NCBI GenBank assembly: GCA_020184695.1
Contig: JAANOX010000243.1
Location: forward strand, 558,001-622,000
Source: Histomonas meleagridis 2922-C6/04-290x
Taxonomy: Eukaryota; Protista; Parabasalia
Length of the DNA: 64,000 nt
Reading direction: 5' to 3'
Under the pieces are notes generated by a model. The model was not told the origin of the DNA. It saw only the letters and a list, made by a program, of their open reading frames with translations, and searched no databases. Both the position numbers and the translations under genes were made by a program. This document shows, piece after piece, positions 1 to 11,054 of the stretch (the stretch's first letter is position 1; each line of letters starts with the position of its first letter).

Positions 1-7
1 TTTTGAA

Positions 8-3000
8 ATGCTTAATAATCAATTATTTTATTTAGGTAAAAACAATTCGACTATTTTACCATTTCGATTTTTTAATGAAGCATTATTACATCAAACTAAT
101 TTACCGATTGATTTATTTACTGAATTTACATATCAATGTTCAGTTAAATTAGATTCAGCATATTCACAAATAGTTAATTCTAAACATTCTATTCTATCTG
201 TATATGATTCACAATATAATGGAATTACATTATTCTTTAATGGTGATTCATTAGTTTGTCATGTATATAATCCGGATGGTGCATATTCTGTTTTATTATT
301 GTCTTCATTTCCAAGTTGTAAATGGACAATGATAACAATAATATTTAAAGTCACTAAAAATAAAGGAATAATATTATTCCAATTAAATAATAAAAATACT
401 GATTTGTTTTCGATAACACCACCTGTTTTTCAATCGCCTACTGTAAATATAGCTATAGGTGCATTATTAGAAAGACAAGATTCGAAATGTACGATTAAAG
501 ATGGTTATCCTTTATTTCTTGATCATTTATTATTTTATAATTGTTGTTTAAATGAACAAGAAATATTACAAAATATTAATACTAATTCTTATTTAACTAA
601 TAATTTAATTTTCTCATATCCAAACATTAAAAGTAATCCTTATAAACTTATTGAAAATAAAAAACGAATTCATTTCATCCCAAATATTTTGGATTGTTTA
701 GGTACTAAAGAAGTTATTGAAGTTTTTATTTTATTATTTTCTTCAATAAATAAAATGCCTGAAAGTTATTTAAAGTCATTATTTACATTTTTGAAAAATA
801 TTTTATTTTATTCCAAAAAACTACAAAAAGAATCTTCAATATTTACATTAATAGCTAATTTATTAATGAAAGCTAATCCTTCTATTTTAACATATTCTTT
901 ATACTTAAATATCTTTGAAATATTAGATTCTTGTATAGAGCCATATATAATAAAAAGTTTAATTGATAATCTTTTATTAAATTTTGAGCTTTGGATTTCA
1001 TCTGAAGCTTCACAACTAATAAAAATAGTTACACATTGGAGTACATTGTTATTTGATTTATGTAAACAATATATTCAAGAAGTTCGAAGTTTTTCTTCAA
1101 TGCTTTCATATATTCGGATTTACTTTTGGTATAAACCTATCGAAACGGATATAATAAAAGGTGTTAAAAAACGAATTAGAGATCCGAATTTAAATATTAT
1201 TGAATGTCATAATCAACTTAAGAAATTAATGTATTCGATTGCTCATTCAACAGAAGAATTCTCTTCAAAAGATACTTTATCTTTATTATCACATTGTGCG
1301 ACTTGTAATGATATTCAACAAGTTTGTTTCTTCTTTAAATTACTTCGAAAGATTTGTAAGCCGAATAAAACGATTATAAATTATTTGTTATTCTTTTTTA
1401 AGCCTAAAAAAGAAGATGTTTTTATTGAAGCATTAAAAACTTTATATATAAATTCAGGAGATAATATACTTGAAAATATTGATATAATAAATTCATTAAT
1501 TAATAAACTTTATTTTACTCAAGAATTATTTAATAAATGTATCGAAATTTTACCAAAATATCCATTAATATATCCATTAATCATTAAAATTTCGATATTT
1601 TTAGATTATAAAAATATGAAAACTATTTCATTATTAATGAAAAATATTCCTCAAAATGTATTTCATTTAATAAAAAAGAATCAAAATTGGGCTTTTTTAC
1701 CTTTAATACTTTCGTCTAAATTACAAAATCCTGATCATCGTAGTATAATATATTTCATATGTACAGTTTTATTAAAAGATTTTCATGTCGATGAATTAAA
1801 AAATGTTTTGACATTAATCGATATAATGGAAAATGATAACATTAAATTATCATTAATTAGAAATGAATTAGTTTCAACAATATTAAATTTAAATATATTT
1901 AAAAATGAAACTATTAAAATATCATTATTTGAAATTGGTATTAAAACAATTTTGTTTCATATCCCTAAAAAATTTATTTCGAACCCATTAAAAACTTTAT
2001 TTAAAGATTCGCCTTTTAAAGATTTATTAATAAAGAATAATATCGAATTACAAAATAATCGAATTGAACTTTCATCAAGTCAAAACTTTACAAATAAATT
2101 CGAAACTTATAAACGACCTGGCAATCGAAGAATTAAACCTTTATTTGAAGATACGACACCAACGCATTTTAGAAGGCATTCAGCATTAGATTTCTTAACA
2201 TTAAATGATATATGTAATGATGAATTATATTTTGTTGATTCATATTTAAATTGTTTAAATAAAGAAATACCAAATGATTTATATACATTTGGATTTCATT
2301 TTATTAACAATGATAAAAATGATTTTAATATTGATGAAGATTTAATTTCCAATGTTTGTAGTATATTACCTAAATCAGCAAATAATACATTAATTGTTAT
2401 ATATAAATATTTGAAATCGATTTTAAAGAAGAAATCAATTCATAACATTTCGAATGAATTAAATGAAATTTTATCAAATTATTATAATATAACTTCATCA
2501 AATTGGTATCATAATGTAATAATATTACAAAAGAATTTACGTAATTATTATGAATCACAAAAACAAAAATCACTTTTATATCAAACATTTTTCAGAAAAG
2601 AAGAAATCGAAATTGCGTTTAGTGAGAATTATTATATAAATCAAAAACTCGAAAACTTTTATCATAAAAGTGAAAAGAAAATCCAAAAACTTTTTGTCTT
2701 ATATGATCCAATATTAAAACGAAAACATGATAAAAATATATATGAACATTCATTAATATATTGTGATTGTTATCAACCATTAATAAAGATTAAAAAGAAA
2801 ACGCATTTAGAGAAACATTCACAAAAATTATCGAATTCATTATTTACGATATATTGTAAACAAATTAAACTTGATCATATAATTTCACGTATATTTCAAA
2901 TATTTAAAGATTATATAATATTAGATGGATATAAGAAAATATATTTAAATTTAATAAAATTTATATTTGTTAAACCACGTTTTCAAAAACTTCGTTCATT

Positions 3001-4885
3001 AGAATTAATATTAACAAATGGTAAATCATATTTATTTGATTTCTCACCAACTAATGCTAATGTAATTATTAAACAACTTAAGAACTTAAAAATGGATAAT
3101 TTAGAACTAATTCAAACAAGTTCATTTAAAGATTTATTCTTAAAATCAAACATAACTAATAAATGGCTTGAACATAAAATTACAAATTTCGAATATTTAA
3201 TGTTAATAAATTTATATAGTGGCCGAACATTTAATGACAATTCTAATTATCCAATCTTTCCATGGGTAATACTTAATTATAATACTGATAAATTCGATGT
3301 TAAAGATGAAACGTTATATCGAAACTTCCAATATCCAATTCCAGCACAATTAACGGAGAATCAAGCAATCTTAAAATCGAAGTTCGATTCTTTGTTACCT
3401 ATTTCACATGAGAATAATATATTTATGACATCTCCTTCTAATCCAACAATTATTTCTCATTATATGCTTCGCCTTGAGCCATTCACAAGTATTCATTTGA
3501 AAATCGAAAATGGAAAGTTTTGTATTCCTTCACGTTTATTTAAGTCAATGACGTCATCGATTTCGCAAGTGTTACATAATACTTATTGTTGGGAAATACC
3601 ACCAGAGTTTTATTATCAGCCGGAGATATTTATTAATATAAACAATATTAAAGATGAAATTATTAATGATATTATATTACCGAAATGGAGTGAAAACGCT
3701 TATGAATTTGTATATTTACAAAGAAAAGCACTTGAAAGTGATTATGTCTCCAAAAATATTAATAAATGGATCGATTTGTTATTCGGTTATGCAACAAATG
3801 GTAATGCTGCGATTGAACATATTAATGTATTCGATCCAATATTAAATGAACACGTTTGGGAAGAACGAAATAATTACGATTTACCAAATGAAATTATTGA
3901 AGAAACTTTATCACAAACAGGACAATTACCTCATGTTTTGTTTAATAATCCACATCCGAAACGGAATAATTATGTGAAGAAAAACATATTACAAAAGAAA
4001 ATCGATTTTAATTTAACAAAAAATAAAATTTTCGCTGCTTCTTTTGGTGAATTTGACATAAAAACAATTGAATTATTATTAATCATTAAAGATAAGTTAA
4101 TATTAAACACAATTTATATTAAAAACCAAAACAAAAATCCAAAAGAAAAAATATTAAATAATAATATTGTACCAAATCCTAATAAAATTATATATTTAAA
4201 AAACGAAATCATTTTAATATATAAAACATTCATAACAAAAATTAATAAAAATAATATAAATAATTATAAAATTCATTATAAGAAATCAAATATTATATCA
4301 ACTTATAAATCGACAATTGCAATATCTGATAAAAATGGTATTGTTTACTTAGTACAATTTTTATCAAATAACAAACTAAAATTGGAACCTTTATGTAACA
4401 TTAGTTGTGGGAAAATTTGTAATTTCGTGATAAGTGATCGTTTCCATATCATCGCTATAGTTTTAATGAATGGAAATATCGCTGTTTTCTCGCTTAATAA
4501 TGGAGCCTTCTTGTTCGAACTCGATTTAGAAGGAGAATTCGCTTCGAGAATTTTGATTTCATTTTGTTGGGGTTTCATTATTGTTTTCGCAGGAAATTTG
4601 ATTTTCCTTTATAATGTTAACGGTGGTTTCATTAGGAAAATGAATTTCGTCGATAACATTACATGTGTCGAAACATTTAAAAATATTAATGGATTCGATT
4701 ATATCGCAATCGCTGATGATAAAGGTAACGTTTACGTGGCAGAAACATTTTACCTAGAATTTAAATGCGTAATGAAATCAGCGCATAAAGGAATTGTGAA
4801 TATGAAATATGACGAAGAGTTGGAGATATTGGCAGTGATGCAAAACAACGGAATATTGTCATTGGTTCCATTGGTCTTAAATTAA
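8..4885 (+). CDS. BEACH-domain protein (N-terminal LamG/ConA-like, ARM region, PH-BEACH, C-terminal WD40-like)
   Basis: BEACH hallmarks ITNFEYLMLINLYSGRTFND..YPIFPWV, HYMLRLEPFT, EIPPEFYY, LQRKALES.YVS..INKWIDLLFG, QTGQLP..LF..PHPKR. The frame is open to the window edge, so the true start may lie upstream. Confidence 0.9.
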   Translation: MLNNQLFYLGKNNSTILPFRFFNEALLHQTNLPIDLFTEFTYQCSVKLDSAYSQIVNSKHSILSVYDSQYNGITLFFNGDSLVCHVYNPDGAYSVLLLSSFPSCKWTMITIIFKVTKNKGIILFQLNNKNTDLFSITPPVFQSPTVNIAIGALLERQDSKCTIKDGYPLFLDHLLFYNCCLNEQEILQNINTNSYLTNNLIFSYPNIKSNPYKLIENKKRIHFIPNILDCLGTKEVIEVFILLFSSINKMPESYLKSLFTFLKNILFYSKKLQKESSIFTLIANLLMKANPSILTYSLYLNIFEILDSCIEPYIIKSLIDNLLLNFELWISSEASQLIKIVTHWSTLLFDLCKQYIQEVRSFSSMLSYIRIYFWYKPIETDIIKGVKKRIRDPNLNIIECHNQLKKLMYSIAHSTEEFSSKDTLSLLSHCATCNDIQQVCFFFKLLRKICKPNKTIINYLLFFFKPKKEDVFIEALKTLYINSGDNILENIDIINSLINKLYFTQELFNKCIEILPKYPLIYPLIIKISIFLDYKNMKTISLLMKNIPQNVFHLIKKNQNWAFLPLILSSKLQNPDHRSIIYFICTVLLKDFHVDELKNVLTLIDIMENDNIKLSLIRNELVSTILNLNIFKNETIKISLFEIGIKTILFHIPKKFISNPLKTLFKDSPFKDLLIKNNIELQNNRIELSSSQNFTNKFETYKRPGNRRIKPLFEDTTPTHFRRHSALDFLTLNDICNDELYFVDSYLNCLNKEIPNDLYTFGFHFINNDKNDFNIDEDLISNVCSILPKSANNTLIVIYKYLKSILKKKSIHNISNELNEILSNYYNITSSNWYHNVIILQKNLRNYYESQKQKSLLYQTFFRKEEIEIAFSENYYINQKLENFYHKSEKKIQKLFVLYDPILKRKHDKNIYEHSLIYCDCYQPLIKIKKKTHLEKHSQKLSNSLFTIYCKQIKLDHIISRIFQIFKDYIILDGYKKIYLNLIKFIFVKPRFQKLRSLELILTNGKSYLFDFSPTNANVIIKQLKNLKMDNLELIQTSSFKDLFLKSNITNKWLEHKITNFEYLMLINLYSGRTFNDNSNYPIFPWVILNYNTDKFDVKDETLYRNFQYPIPAQLTENQAILKSKFDSLLPISHENNIFMTSPSNPTIISHYMLRLEPFTSIHLKIENGKFCIPSRLFKSMTSSISQVLHNTYCWEIPPEFYYQPEIFININNIKDEIINDIILPKWSENAYEFVYLQRKALESDYVSKNINKWIDLLFGYATNGNAAIEHINVFDPILNEHVWEERNNYDLPNEIIEETLSQTGQLPHVLFNNPHPKRNNYVKKNILQKKIDFNLTKNKIFAASFGEFDIKTIELLLIIKDKLILNTIYIKNQNKNPKEKILNNNIVPNPNKIIYLKNEIILIYKTFITKINKNNINNYKIHYKKSNIISTYKSTIAISDKNGIVYLVQFLSNNKLKLEPLCNISCGKICNFVISDRFHIIAIVLMNGNIAVFSLNNGAFLFELDLEGEFASRILISFCWGFIIVFAGNLIFLYNVNGGFIRKMNFVDNITCVETFKNINGFDYIAIADDKGNVYVAETFYLEFKCVMKSAHKGIVNMKYDEELEILAVMQNNGILSLVPLVLN

Positions 4886-5170
4886 TCAATAAATATATAT
4901 ATATGTATGTTGTTATGTTTCGTCAATTCCATTTAAAACAAAATTATCTGAGATAAAAGATATAAAATTTTTATTTTATATTAATGATAAAGATTTGATT
5001 GACCTTTTGGGAAATTGTAATCATAAACTGCACAAAAAATTATCAACGAAAATGAATTTATATACAATAATTAATCATTAAAGCATCAGAACTCAATTTT
5101 CATTACATTTATAAATAATATATTACAAAATGGATAAAAAAAATATTTAAATTTCAAGATTTCAAGTAGT

Positions 5171-8100
5171 TTATTTTCCTTGTCTTGCTTCCTTTGCAAG
5201 TTTCTCTGCTTCTTCAAGAGCTTTTCTTGCGGCGACAACTTTAGCCTCTGCATTTAACTTCGCGATCATGTTATTCAATGGTCTTTTTGTGCCAGTTACA
5301 TTACTTTCTGTATTTTGTTTATTCTTTTCAGCATCCATAGCTGCTTCAGCGAATTGTCTTAATTGCTTAATCAGATACTGTACAGAGTCAGTAATTTTAC
5401 GCAATGTTACATTTAGTTCAGGAGATCCAGCTTTTTGGTTATTTTCTACTAAGAAATGTGCAACAGCTTGACTTATCAAGTTACACCCAGCCAATATCTT
5501 GGACATTGCTTCAGGCTCATTGTTTACTGTTGCTTCAGCTGCAATTATTATTAATTCGAGTGAATCGACAAGATTATTAGCGGTATTAATTAAACCTTTT
5601 TGATTAATTATTTCGGGATTCTTTTGTGACACAAATTTCGTTTGTGACTTTGCAACGTCAATTAATTTCGCAGCATTATTAAGTATTGGCGTACTAACTT
5701 CTATTATATCACAGCCTAAATAATTATCGCCAATTGTAATTTTTTGTTCAATAGCTTTATTCTTTAATGAATTTAATCGTTGCATTGAAGACTGACAAGA
5801 ACATGCAGCAATTATAAGTTCTTTTTCTAATTCATTTGTAACAGATAAATCTTCTTCAATAGATTTCATTGTTGAATCAATAACATTTTTAGCTTGTTCT
5901 AAAGCTGATTCTATTGTTGTATTAAACATTGATATAGATTCACGCCAACCTTCATTACCTAAAAATCGATTTCTTGTAGATTCAATACTTATATCGCCAG
6001 CATTTATAAGTGAATTTTTGGCTTTTAATAATTGATTTTGACATTCTAAATTCCATGTCGATGTTTGGATAAGTGAAACTGGAATTATTAATTCGGAAAG
6101 TGATGACTGAAATTCATTAAAATGCTTTTCGATTTGTTCAGGTGGGGTTTTAGATGAATTTAATGAGATAATAAATTTATCTATTGATGATTTAACTATG
6201 TTATATTTAGTATCAAATATTGATTTAAGTTGAACAATTTCCTTGGATGGGGTTTCAGTAATATTTGGTATATTAAATCGATATGGTAAATGAGATACAA
6301 ACTTTGGTTGTGGTGTGATTTCAGTATTAAGTGAATCAATAACTTTTGTTTTGATTTCATTAACAACTTTAGAAAGTTTTAATGGAAATTCTGTTGTTAA
6401 TGTTGTAGCATCATTTGTTGTTAACTTTCCAAATAATTTTTGTAAATCATTAACCATTTCATTAATGTTATCTTCTTCATCAATACCTTTAGTTATATTT
6501 TTAATATTAGAAGCAAATTTTTGTAATTTAAGATTTAATGATGAATGAATTTTATTAAATTTAAGTTGTTTCGCTTTAGAATTGTCGTATGATAATTGCT
6601 CAAGTTTAAGAATATCACACATTAAATGATTACTAATTATATTATAATCTTCAGTTGATGATTCAATAATACTTATTGGCGTTTCAATTATTTCATCTGT
6701 AATTTCAGAAATATGTCCAATACACATATTAATTTCTCGATTAATTTTATTAACATTTCTAATTTGAGAATTTTTATTTGATGAATTTACTACTTTAGAT
6801 ATTTCATTCGTATAATTATTTAATAATTCAATTAGTTTGATTGTTTCTTCTTGAAGTTCATTTGTAATATTTTTATCAACTTCATTACGTTTAGAAGAAG
6901 AAACTAAAGAAATATTTAATATTTCAAATGCTTTAGCACGAAGATTATTTAATTTAGTTGTTATTGTTGGCATTGAATTTGTTGTAACTTTCTTTAAATC
7001 ATTTGATATCTCTGTACCAAGTGAAACAATTTCACTATTTATATCCATTAATTTATCTGAAATCATTTCTGAATCCATTTCATTTGTTTCATCTGTACCA
7101 ATTACTAAGTCTTCAAATTGAGATATTAATTGTGTTAAATCAAAGTAATCTGTAGCTTCTTTATTAGTTTCGTCTATTTGTGATGCATATTTATGAAGTT
7201 TTGATTGTATAGAATCAGGATCATTTAAAGGATTTGACTGTCCAGACATTAATTTTTGTATTACATTAGCAAATAATGCTTTTTGAAGGAAATCATAAAT
7301 TTCAAATTTATTTTTGGATTTTTTAAGTTTCTCAAGTGCCTCAATTGTAATATCTTCTGGATTTCCTTTTAATGCATAAATGAATGTTTCAAGTTGCGTT
7401 TGTCCAAGTGAAGGATTAGTTTTCATTAACATTAATATGTCACTAATAAGGTTATTAAGCATTGAATTAACAGGTTCTTTATAGTTTTTATTAACATATT
7501 CAGCTAAATTCATAATTATTTCAGGAACTGTTTTAGATTTTTCTTCATTATTATATTTCTTAAGTTTTTCAATCATCGAATTTAATGAATCAATTTCAAC
7601 AATTTCTTTAGGTGCAAATTCAATTCCTTTTTTAATGATATCTTTTCCTTTTTCAATTCTTTCAGCAATCATTTTAATTTTTTCATTAATATCTTTATTT
7701 TGATTCTTATTATATTCTTCAAATAGTTGCTTAAATTCATCAATATCTTCTTTAAGTGAAGTTACACATTTAGAAAGAAGTGTCTTTAATGCATCGTTAT
7801 TAGATTGCATAATATCAATAAACATTTTCTCAGTTTCTTCTTCAGTTGGAAGATGACTAATGAATTCATTATATTTCGGCTTTTCTTCTTGTGTTTTCTT
7901 AGTTTCAATTTCACCAATTGATTGAACTTCTGATATAAATTTATCTGAAAAAGGCTTGAGTTTTTGATTAAATGCTAAAATATTATCAAAGATTGAATTC
8001 AAAGTTGGGATTTGAGTATTATCTCCAATAGCAATTCGTACTATATTTTCACCAATATTATTAGACATTAATCTGATTTGTTCTGAAAGTGGTTTAAGTT

Positions 8101-10600
8101 GTTCTATTTTTTCAAGTGCATCAGAATATTCGCAAAGTGAAGTAATTAATTGTTGTCCAAATTGTGATACTTTTACTTGATCATTTATAACTTGTTTAAG
8201 ATTATTAATTTTAATACCTACGTCATCACAACAATCTTTAATTGCAAAAACAATCAATGATTTCATTGGTATTTCACCTTCAATAGTTAAAGCTCCAATA
8301 TAAGTCATTAATTGTCCAATTAATGATAATATTTGTGTGATACTATTAACACCAACTTTAAGTTGTGCAGGTGCATGAGCATTTCTTAAAATTTCTTGTG
8401 ATTCTTTAAGTATATCAAATGTTGGCTGAAATACATCTTTACTAGTACCGATTAAACCTAAAATATATTTTTTATCATAAATACCAAATGGTGGTGGATG
8501 TTCAAGTCTTTCTTTAATTGATTTAATTCCTTCATTAATAGAATTCTTAACTTCACGAAAATGTTGGTAATATTCTTCCGATTGAACTGTTGCAGCTGAT
8601 ATAATCATTTCGAAAAATGGACCCATATATTGTGTAAATGCATCTACACAATGCTTATAATGAATTTGAAATGAAAGTTTAAATGAATTTGGTATTTCTG
8701 TTATATTATACAAAAATATTTCAAGATTATTTATAAGAGGTAAAAGATCTTTAGGAATATTTGGATCTTTTAATGATACTATTAATCCTTTAATTAAATA
8801 TTTCAACATATCATATTCTTTAATACAATTAATAACATTTTGAGGATTATTTGAGTTACTATTACTACTAAAAACATTTGATGTTTTTCGAAGAGAATCC
8901 ATAAAAACAGAATAAATACCTAAAAATTGTTGACGAGTTTGTAGTGGAATTTCGTCTTTACGATTATGAAAAATTGTACATATTTCAATAAGTGCTTTCA
9001 TATTATTAGGATAAAATCGAACAATATTATCTGCTAAAAGTTGTCGTATTGTTGTAAGTTGTTTTATGATTGGATTTGTTGTATCTAAGCCACATAATGA
9101 TAATAAAAACGCAGAAGTATGAATTCCTGCTTTATTTCTTATAAGTGCATTTGTAGGATTTAGTGAAAAAGATTTAAATCCATCAACAAATTCAATTAAT
9201 GATTTTGAAATCGAATCTCTATGTTGAATTAACTTGATCAATTGTTGAGCATCTTTTTCTTGATTTATCTTAGTTTGAATAAAAGCATTAAATTTAGAAT
9301 ATTCACTATTAAGTGTTTTTATATTTTCACTGATTTCTTCAATTGAAGAACCAGTCTTCAAAAGTTGTGTTAGTATTTTACTTGTTACTTCCATTGAAGC
9401 TTTAGCAGCATCAGAAAGATCTGATTGGGAAAGTTGTCCAACTGTTTGAAATACTGAAAATTTTTTATCTTGTCTTAATACTGAAATAAGTTTATTCATT
9501 TCATCATCATATTCAGAATTAAGTTTTTGTAATTTCTGGAAAAGTAGTACAAATTGAGCATTAACAAAATTTTGGAATGGAATAAGTAATTGAGGTTGAA
9601 TATTAACAAGAGATTGAAGTAGAGGAGCAAAAATCTGTCCAATATTTTCATGTGCATCTTTTGAATTTTCAATTGATTTTTCAAATTTATCTCTAAATCG
9701 CATAATATTTAAAATTGGTGCAAACATATCATATCCGAATTTTGTCATCTTCTCAAGAACTTGTGCTATAATATGTAATGTATTTGGTACATTCATTCCA
9801 ATCTTAAGTGAAAGAAGACAAATACTTGCTAAAGTAGATGAATATTGTTGTGCATATTGTTGGAAATGATCATATGCATCTTCATTATATGATGGAACAA
9901 AACTATCATTAATCTTTTGTTTGATATCTCCAAATAATTCAATTTGTTTTTGAATCGTTTCTTTAGCGGTTTTGACTAATGTGTCTAAAGCTGTTTCTAA
10001 TTCACTGGTTGGTTGACGGTTCATAGAAGCAATTCTATAAGCTTCACCAGATTTTACAATACCTAAAACCTGGTTTGAAAATTGTTCTAAATGTGGTTTA
10101 ATTGTTGGTACAATTAAATATTGAGATGGAATTTGTCTATTTTCAAAATCAGTTGCTAACGCTAATGTTTGAATAATACCAATGTGATCAACAATACCAT
10201 AAACTATCTTTGAATAATCATTCTCTTTACCACTAATAAGATCCTTTAGTACTTTCATATATTCATCAATAAAATCAGGAACTGAAGAAACATATCTTTG
10301 AAGTTCTTCAAAATAAAATGCTAATGTAGAATTACCATATATTACCTGAGGCAAAATTTCTTTAGGCGGAAGTTTTTTTGGGAAACCAAATGAAAGTGCT
10401 TTTGCAAAAAGAGCTGCTGAAATAGCATTTTGTACATTTGTTGAGATTTCTTGTTGAAGATTATTTTTCTTGATTGTTTCATTAATAAGTCCATTAGAGA
10501 ATGATTGAGAAGTTAGCTGTACTTCTATTTCATGAAGCATAGCGTTTGCTGGAGTTATTGCACGATTAAACCCATTAATTAGTTCAGTAAACTCATTCAT
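5171..10600 (-). CDS. Talin/vinculin-like helical-bundle protein with C-terminal I/LWEQ (THATCH) domain; no FERM head
   Basis: The last ~210 aa align by eye with the talin I/LWEQ domain (NELEKELIIAACSCQSSMQRL; GLINTANNLV..LELIIIAAEATV; dimerisation helix MIAKLNAEAKVVAARKALEEAEKLAKEAR). The rest is amphipathic helical. Tandem TCATT Inr motifs lie just upstream. Confidence 0.75.
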   Translation of the reverse strand: MNEFTELINGFNRAITPANAMLHEIEVQLTSQSFSNGLINETIKKNNLQQEISTNVQNAISAALFAKALSFGFPKKLPPKEILPQVIYGNSTLAFYFEELQRYVSSVPDFIDEYMKVLKDLISGKENDYSKIVYGIVDHIGIIQTLALATDFENRQIPSQYLIVPTIKPHLEQFSNQVLGIVKSGEAYRIASMNRQPTSELETALDTLVKTAKETIQKQIELFGDIKQKINDSFVPSYNEDAYDHFQQYAQQYSSTLASICLLSLKIGMNVPNTLHIIAQVLEKMTKFGYDMFAPILNIMRFRDKFEKSIENSKDAHENIGQIFAPLLQSLVNIQPQLLIPFQNFVNAQFVLLFQKLQKLNSEYDDEMNKLISVLRQDKKFSVFQTVGQLSQSDLSDAAKASMEVTSKILTQLLKTGSSIEEISENIKTLNSEYSKFNAFIQTKINQEKDAQQLIKLIQHRDSISKSLIEFVDGFKSFSLNPTNALIRNKAGIHTSAFLLSLCGLDTTNPIIKQLTTIRQLLADNIVRFYPNNMKALIEICTIFHNRKDEIPLQTRQQFLGIYSVFMDSLRKTSNVFSSNSNSNNPQNVINCIKEYDMLKYLIKGLIVSLKDPNIPKDLLPLINNLEIFLYNITEIPNSFKLSFQIHYKHCVDAFTQYMGPFFEMIISAATVQSEEYYQHFREVKNSINEGIKSIKERLEHPPPFGIYDKKYILGLIGTSKDVFQPTFDILKESQEILRNAHAPAQLKVGVNSITQILSLIGQLMTYIGALTIEGEIPMKSLIVFAIKDCCDDVGIKINNLKQVINDQVKVSQFGQQLITSLCEYSDALEKIEQLKPLSEQIRLMSNNIGENIVRIAIGDNTQIPTLNSIFDNILAFNQKLKPFSDKFISEVQSIGEIETKKTQEEKPKYNEFISHLPTEEETEKMFIDIMQSNNDALKTLLSKCVTSLKEDIDEFKQLFEEYNKNQNKDINEKIKMIAERIEKGKDIIKKGIEFAPKEIVEIDSLNSMIEKLKKYNNEEKSKTVPEIIMNLAEYVNKNYKEPVNSMLNNLISDILMLMKTNPSLGQTQLETFIYALKGNPEDITIEALEKLKKSKNKFEIYDFLQKALFANVIQKLMSGQSNPLNDPDSIQSKLHKYASQIDETNKEATDYFDLTQLISQFEDLVIGTDETNEMDSEMISDKLMDINSEIVSLGTEISNDLKKVTTNSMPTITTKLNNLRAKAFEILNISLVSSSKRNEVDKNITNELQEETIKLIELLNNYTNEISKVVNSSNKNSQIRNVNKINREINMCIGHISEITDEIIETPISIIESSTEDYNIISNHLMCDILKLEQLSYDNSKAKQLKFNKIHSSLNLKLQKFASNIKNITKGIDEEDNINEMVNDLQKLFGKLTTNDATTLTTEFPLKLSKVVNEIKTKVIDSLNTEITPQPKFVSHLPYRFNIPNITETPSKEIVQLKSIFDTKYNIVKSSIDKFIISLNSSKTPPEQIEKHFNEFQSSLSELIIPVSLIQTSTWNLECQNQLLKAKNSLINAGDISIESTRNRFLGNEGWRESISMFNTTIESALEQAKNVIDSTMKSIEEDLSVTNELEKELIIAACSCQSSMQRLNSLKNKAIEQKITIGDNYLGCDIIEVSTPILNNAAKLIDVAKSQTKFVSQKNPEIINQKGLINTANNLVDSLELIIIAAEATVNNEPEAMSKILAGCNLISQAVAHFLVENNQKAGSPELNVTLRKITDSVQYLIKQLRQFAEAAMDAEKNKQNTESNVTGTKRPLNNMIAKLNAEAKVVAARKALEEAEKLAKEARQGK

Positions 10601-10611
10601 TAGCCAGAAGA

Positions 10612-10621
10612 AATGAAATGA
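10612..10621 (-). promoter_or_regulatory. Tandem Inr (TCATTTCATT) upstream of the talin-like gene
   Basis: Two TCATT motifs 11-21 nt before the ATG. Confidence 0.6.
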
Positions 10622-11054
10622 TTTCAGAATTCAAGACTTTTGAAACTTTTTAAAAACTTGGATTCAGTTTCAATATTGAATTGCTTTTTTTCTGAGGCAA
10701 CTTTATGACAACAGTTTTAACTAAGTTTTGATATGATTAAGTCGACTTTTTGTTAAGATTTTGTGTGTGTCAAAATACAATTTCAAAGAAACATGAAAAA
10801 ACGTTTTTTCTGGTGTCAGTATAATCCAATTTGGAGACAAGATTTTATTCGAAGTCATAAATTTATTAACATAATGTAAAATATTATTATAGCATATATA
10901 AAATATCACATTAATATCCAAAACAAATCAAATTAATATTATAATATTTACTTATTAATAATAAAAACGAAACATATTTATATATATATATTCTATGTAC
11001 AACAACACAAATTGTACAAAAATTATTTGCTTCGAAATACAATTTCTAAGCAAT

